Below are positions 61,243-64,000 of a DNA stretch of 64,000 nt, one piece after another. The notes under the pieces were generated by a model. That model made no database searches, was not told where the DNA came from, and was given only the letters and a program-made list of their open reading frames with translations. The stretch lies in sequence record MG976803.1; one strand, given 5' to 3'. Position numbers and translations under genes: made by a program. Source of the DNA: Escherichia phage myPSH2311. Position 1 is the stretch's first letter; every line of letters begins with the position of its first letter.

Positions 61243-63019
61243 CTTTCAATTGTAAGGGCGCTATTGCCCCGCTCTCTATGAGCTTGTTTAAGTCACTATT
61301 AACTTAACTATAACCACTCGTTGTTAAGTAGTTATAGGTAAGCGGGGCGGTCTTATCAGGAGTTAACCTTGCCGCCCCCTTATCCGTGATGTTTCATCTG
61401 GTATCTTTAATTAGTCGCTATAAACGAAGCCGACCTGATAGCGATGATCAATCATCACAATAAGGCTATGCGTCCGACTCTATTTAATTACATTGCTGTA
61501 ACCGTCGGCAATATCGTCTACTTTGTTTTCGCTCCCGCTTATCCTTTTGTATCAGCTCTCTATCGCTAGTCATCGCCCACTACGGGATACTATTGCGAAA
61601 GAGTCACTAACCGCCTAATATTCCGGCGTTTTATATCTTTCAGCAGGTTTACTACATAACCCGGCTATGTACTTTCATCCTATGATGAATCTCAAGCCGT
61701 TCACATCGTAAACGTTCGCATTAAACCTTATTGTTAAATAGCAATTTGCCACTTTTTAACCACTCCCCGCCGCTCTCAATTGAGCGTTAATTCGTCGGAC
61801 TTGCCTACCCTGATTAACTTCTTTCACTGTAGCACCGTGTTAGCAATGACCGCCGCTACCCTTAACCGTGGGCGATTAGCTCAAGTCTTTGCGTGTACTC
61901 AATGAATCCGTTTATCAATGGTGACGTTTCCAGTAAGGGAATGTAAAACTGTTTACCCTGATAATTTAGGGAGTTTTACGCCGTTTTATCTGGTATGCTT
62001 TCCGATGGTTATTATCATCAAGCATATTCAACCGATATAGGAGAATGTTTAAATTATTAAAGAGCGGTAAATCTATCAGTGTGCTTTCTCACACTATGCA
62101 ACTGTTAGCCGTTGTTACGCTTTTCACTGAAGCGATGATTTGCTTAGTGAGTGCTCATTATGAATCATGTTGTTTTCGCTGTCAACCGCTTTTTAATCTT
62201 TTTTCGTCGTTCCCGCTATTGGGAGGATATATCAATCAGCTTTGTTTGATTGAAGATTAAGCGGTGAGGCTTAACTTATGATTCATATTGTTAAAGAGCG
62301 TTTTTAGCCTTTTATAGTGTCTGCTAATCACTGCATCATTGAAGGCTTACTGATTCATTAACAGGACGCCTAACCCTGAACTACTCGCTGCACTATGTGC
62401 CACCTTTCCCGCGATACGTTGATTTGGGAACTTGTTAGCGGTGTATCTGCTAACTTGTGGTTAGTATGGACTACTTTAACCACGTTTGCAACTCTTTTTA
62501 TCATCTTCTTTTAATTCCTTTCCCTTATCTCGCGTGAATCTATGCGAAAGGGCAAGATGATAAGTTTTTAAAGAGCGGGATTTTTTAAGTCATCGCTGAC
62601 TATGCTCACTATATGTCAGGCTGTTTTCGGTGTCAATACTCTTTTTGAGAATATTTTCACTTTCTAGCCTGATTTTTAAAGAGCGGGGCAATTTCTTGCC
62701 TTGTATGTTTTACATCGTACCCGATGAAATGAAGTATACGCTAATCAGATGAGGTTGCAATAGGGTAAAGCAAATTATTTTAAACTTTTTCACTATAGGA
62801 AGGTAAAAGAGCAGGCGCACGCGATACATCATAGAAAATGGCTTGTAAAGCGATATTTAGCGGCCTAAAACGCATCACAACGAGCTAAAAGGGAGTAAGG
62901 CATACAATCACCTCATAAAAGAGAAAAGCCTCACTAGGAGGCTTACAGGAAGGATTAGAGAATCAGATAAATTATGACCATAGGCATGACTACGGCACAA
63001 TACAGGAGAAAGATTAAGC
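61243..63019. promoter_or_regulatory. Long non-coding region with an 83-bp imperfect hairpin (61266-61348) and four direct TTAAAGAGCGG repeats
   Basis: No ORF over 71 aa; motif at 62057, 62291 (last base T), 62568 and 62677. Confidence 0.35.
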
Positions 63020-63391
63020 CTATGGATTTACACATTGACCGTTACCGGATGCCATTTCATTCATGGACTCATCAAAGAGCGTCAACGATGAGCGCATCAA
63101 GTGATCTACCGTGATTTGCTTACCAGTGGTTTCATTTACCAGTTGAATAGTTTTATCGTATGATTGTACATGTTCGAAATCATTCACATGTAAAATAATA
63201 ACTTTAGGTGACTTTTTACCAGTTTCGTAATTCTCTACGAGATAGGTACACTGTAAACCGTCAACCGTATCAGGGGAGAATGTTGCAGCCTTTACACTAC
63301 CCATATCCGATAGCAGGACACCTAACAGGAGAACAACCAGAAAGAAGCCTACAACCGTTTTAACGACGAATTTAATAAACCACATAGCCAA
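63020..63391 (-). CDS. Membrane protein (N-terminal transmembrane segment)
   Basis: 123 aa; hydrophobic stretch VVGFFLVVLLLGVLL near N-terminus. Confidence 0.35.
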   Translation of the reverse strand: MAMWFIKFVVKTVVGFFLVVLLLGVLLSDMGSVKAATFSPDTVDGLQCTYLVENYETGKKSPKVIILHVNDFEHVQSYDKTIQLVNETTGKQITVDHLMRSSLTLFDESMNEMASGNGQCVNP

Positions 63392-63578
63392 TCAACCTTT
63401 AATAATGAGATTAAGCACATCGAGAGCGGCAACAATCAGTAAGTAATTTAAAGAAATGAAGCCCACGACAAACAAAAACAAAAACAGCACATCCAGACCT
63501 TAGAAAACGTAAGAATACAGCATATCAGTAATGAACAGCAGGAAGGTCGCACCAAACAAGCAACGCCAAAAATAATCA

Positions 63579-63854
63579 CTATTCATCGTTGCTATTCTCG
63601 CCAAAAAATGCTACGCTAATCTGTTCCACTTCTTCCAGCGACAGGAGAATCCCGCGTTGGGCTAAATACTTCCCAACGGTTATATAATCTTGCACTAAAC
63701 AGACAATAGGAAAGCGTATATTTTGAATCTCACCTTTGGAAAGAAAAGACAAATATCCAACGTCGATTGATTCATCAAAGGACAATGTAACGCCACCGTA
63801 ATTATGCGTATCAATTAACGCAATAGTTTCATTTCCCATTGGTATCATCCCCAA
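63579..63854 (-). CDS. Hypothetical protein
   Basis: 91-aa ORF. Confidence 0.3.
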   Translation of the reverse strand: MGMIPMGNETIALIDTHNYGGVTLSFDESIDVGYLSFLSKGEIQNIRFPIVCLVQDYITVGKYLAQRGILLSLEEVEQISVAFFGENSNDE

Positions 63855-64000
63855 TCAGACCATGATTAAGCAGGTTAGCCAGCGACAAATCACCGTCAAT
63901 ATAGATTGATCTGAAATCATCGCGGGTAATTTCGAAATCAGCAAAGGTTAGCCAATCTTTAAGAGGCTGATATTCCATCCTGCAAAAAGTGATAACAGGC

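Overview
This 64-kb window reads as a virulent tailed dsDNA phage genome, roughly 42-45% GC by eye, with no integrase or repressor seen. Positions 1-23,535 are a plus-strand late/structural operon: portal C-terminus, scaffold-like proteins, a major capsid gene with a GGGAAAG -1 frameshift site leading into an Ig-like ORF, tail fibre/tailspike, GH24 lysozyme, Ig-repeat tail protein, lytic transglycosylase and Q/N-rich internal virion proteins. From about 23.8 kb onward everything is on the minus strand: HNH endonucleases, 5'-3' exonuclease, P-loop kinase, sigma factor, overlapped spanin pair, gp2.5-like SSB, phosphoesterase, family-A DNA polymerase domain, PhoH-like ATPase, ThyX, thioredoxin, Dps-like protein, dCTP-deaminase-family protein, nucleotidyltransferase, DnaQ-like exonuclease, primase-helicase, an ATP-grasp/gamma-glutamyl-cyclotransferase-like cassette, arrays of small early ORFs and two long non-coding regions. 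The most unusual signal is a set of at least 12 short (about 70-200 bp), locally GC-rich inserts of similar composition that interrupt otherwise recognisable genes, including primase, ThyX, nucleotidyltransferase, PhoH, tail fibre and a GGCT-like gene. Several are flanked by direct repeats of the interrupted gene (45-217 bp), and one repeat pair differs only at positions where one copy carries A. The capsid and tail-fibre genes each contain an in-frame TAG, while nearly all checked ORF stops are TAA. A 1.4-kb unit is tandemly triplicated with GC-rich junctions. No tRNA, rRNA or CRISPR array was found. All calls are from reading the sequence and ORF translations by eye; no searches were run. 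Recombination scars, bypass/splice elements, amber mutations and assembly or chimera artefacts cannot be distinguished from sequence alone.
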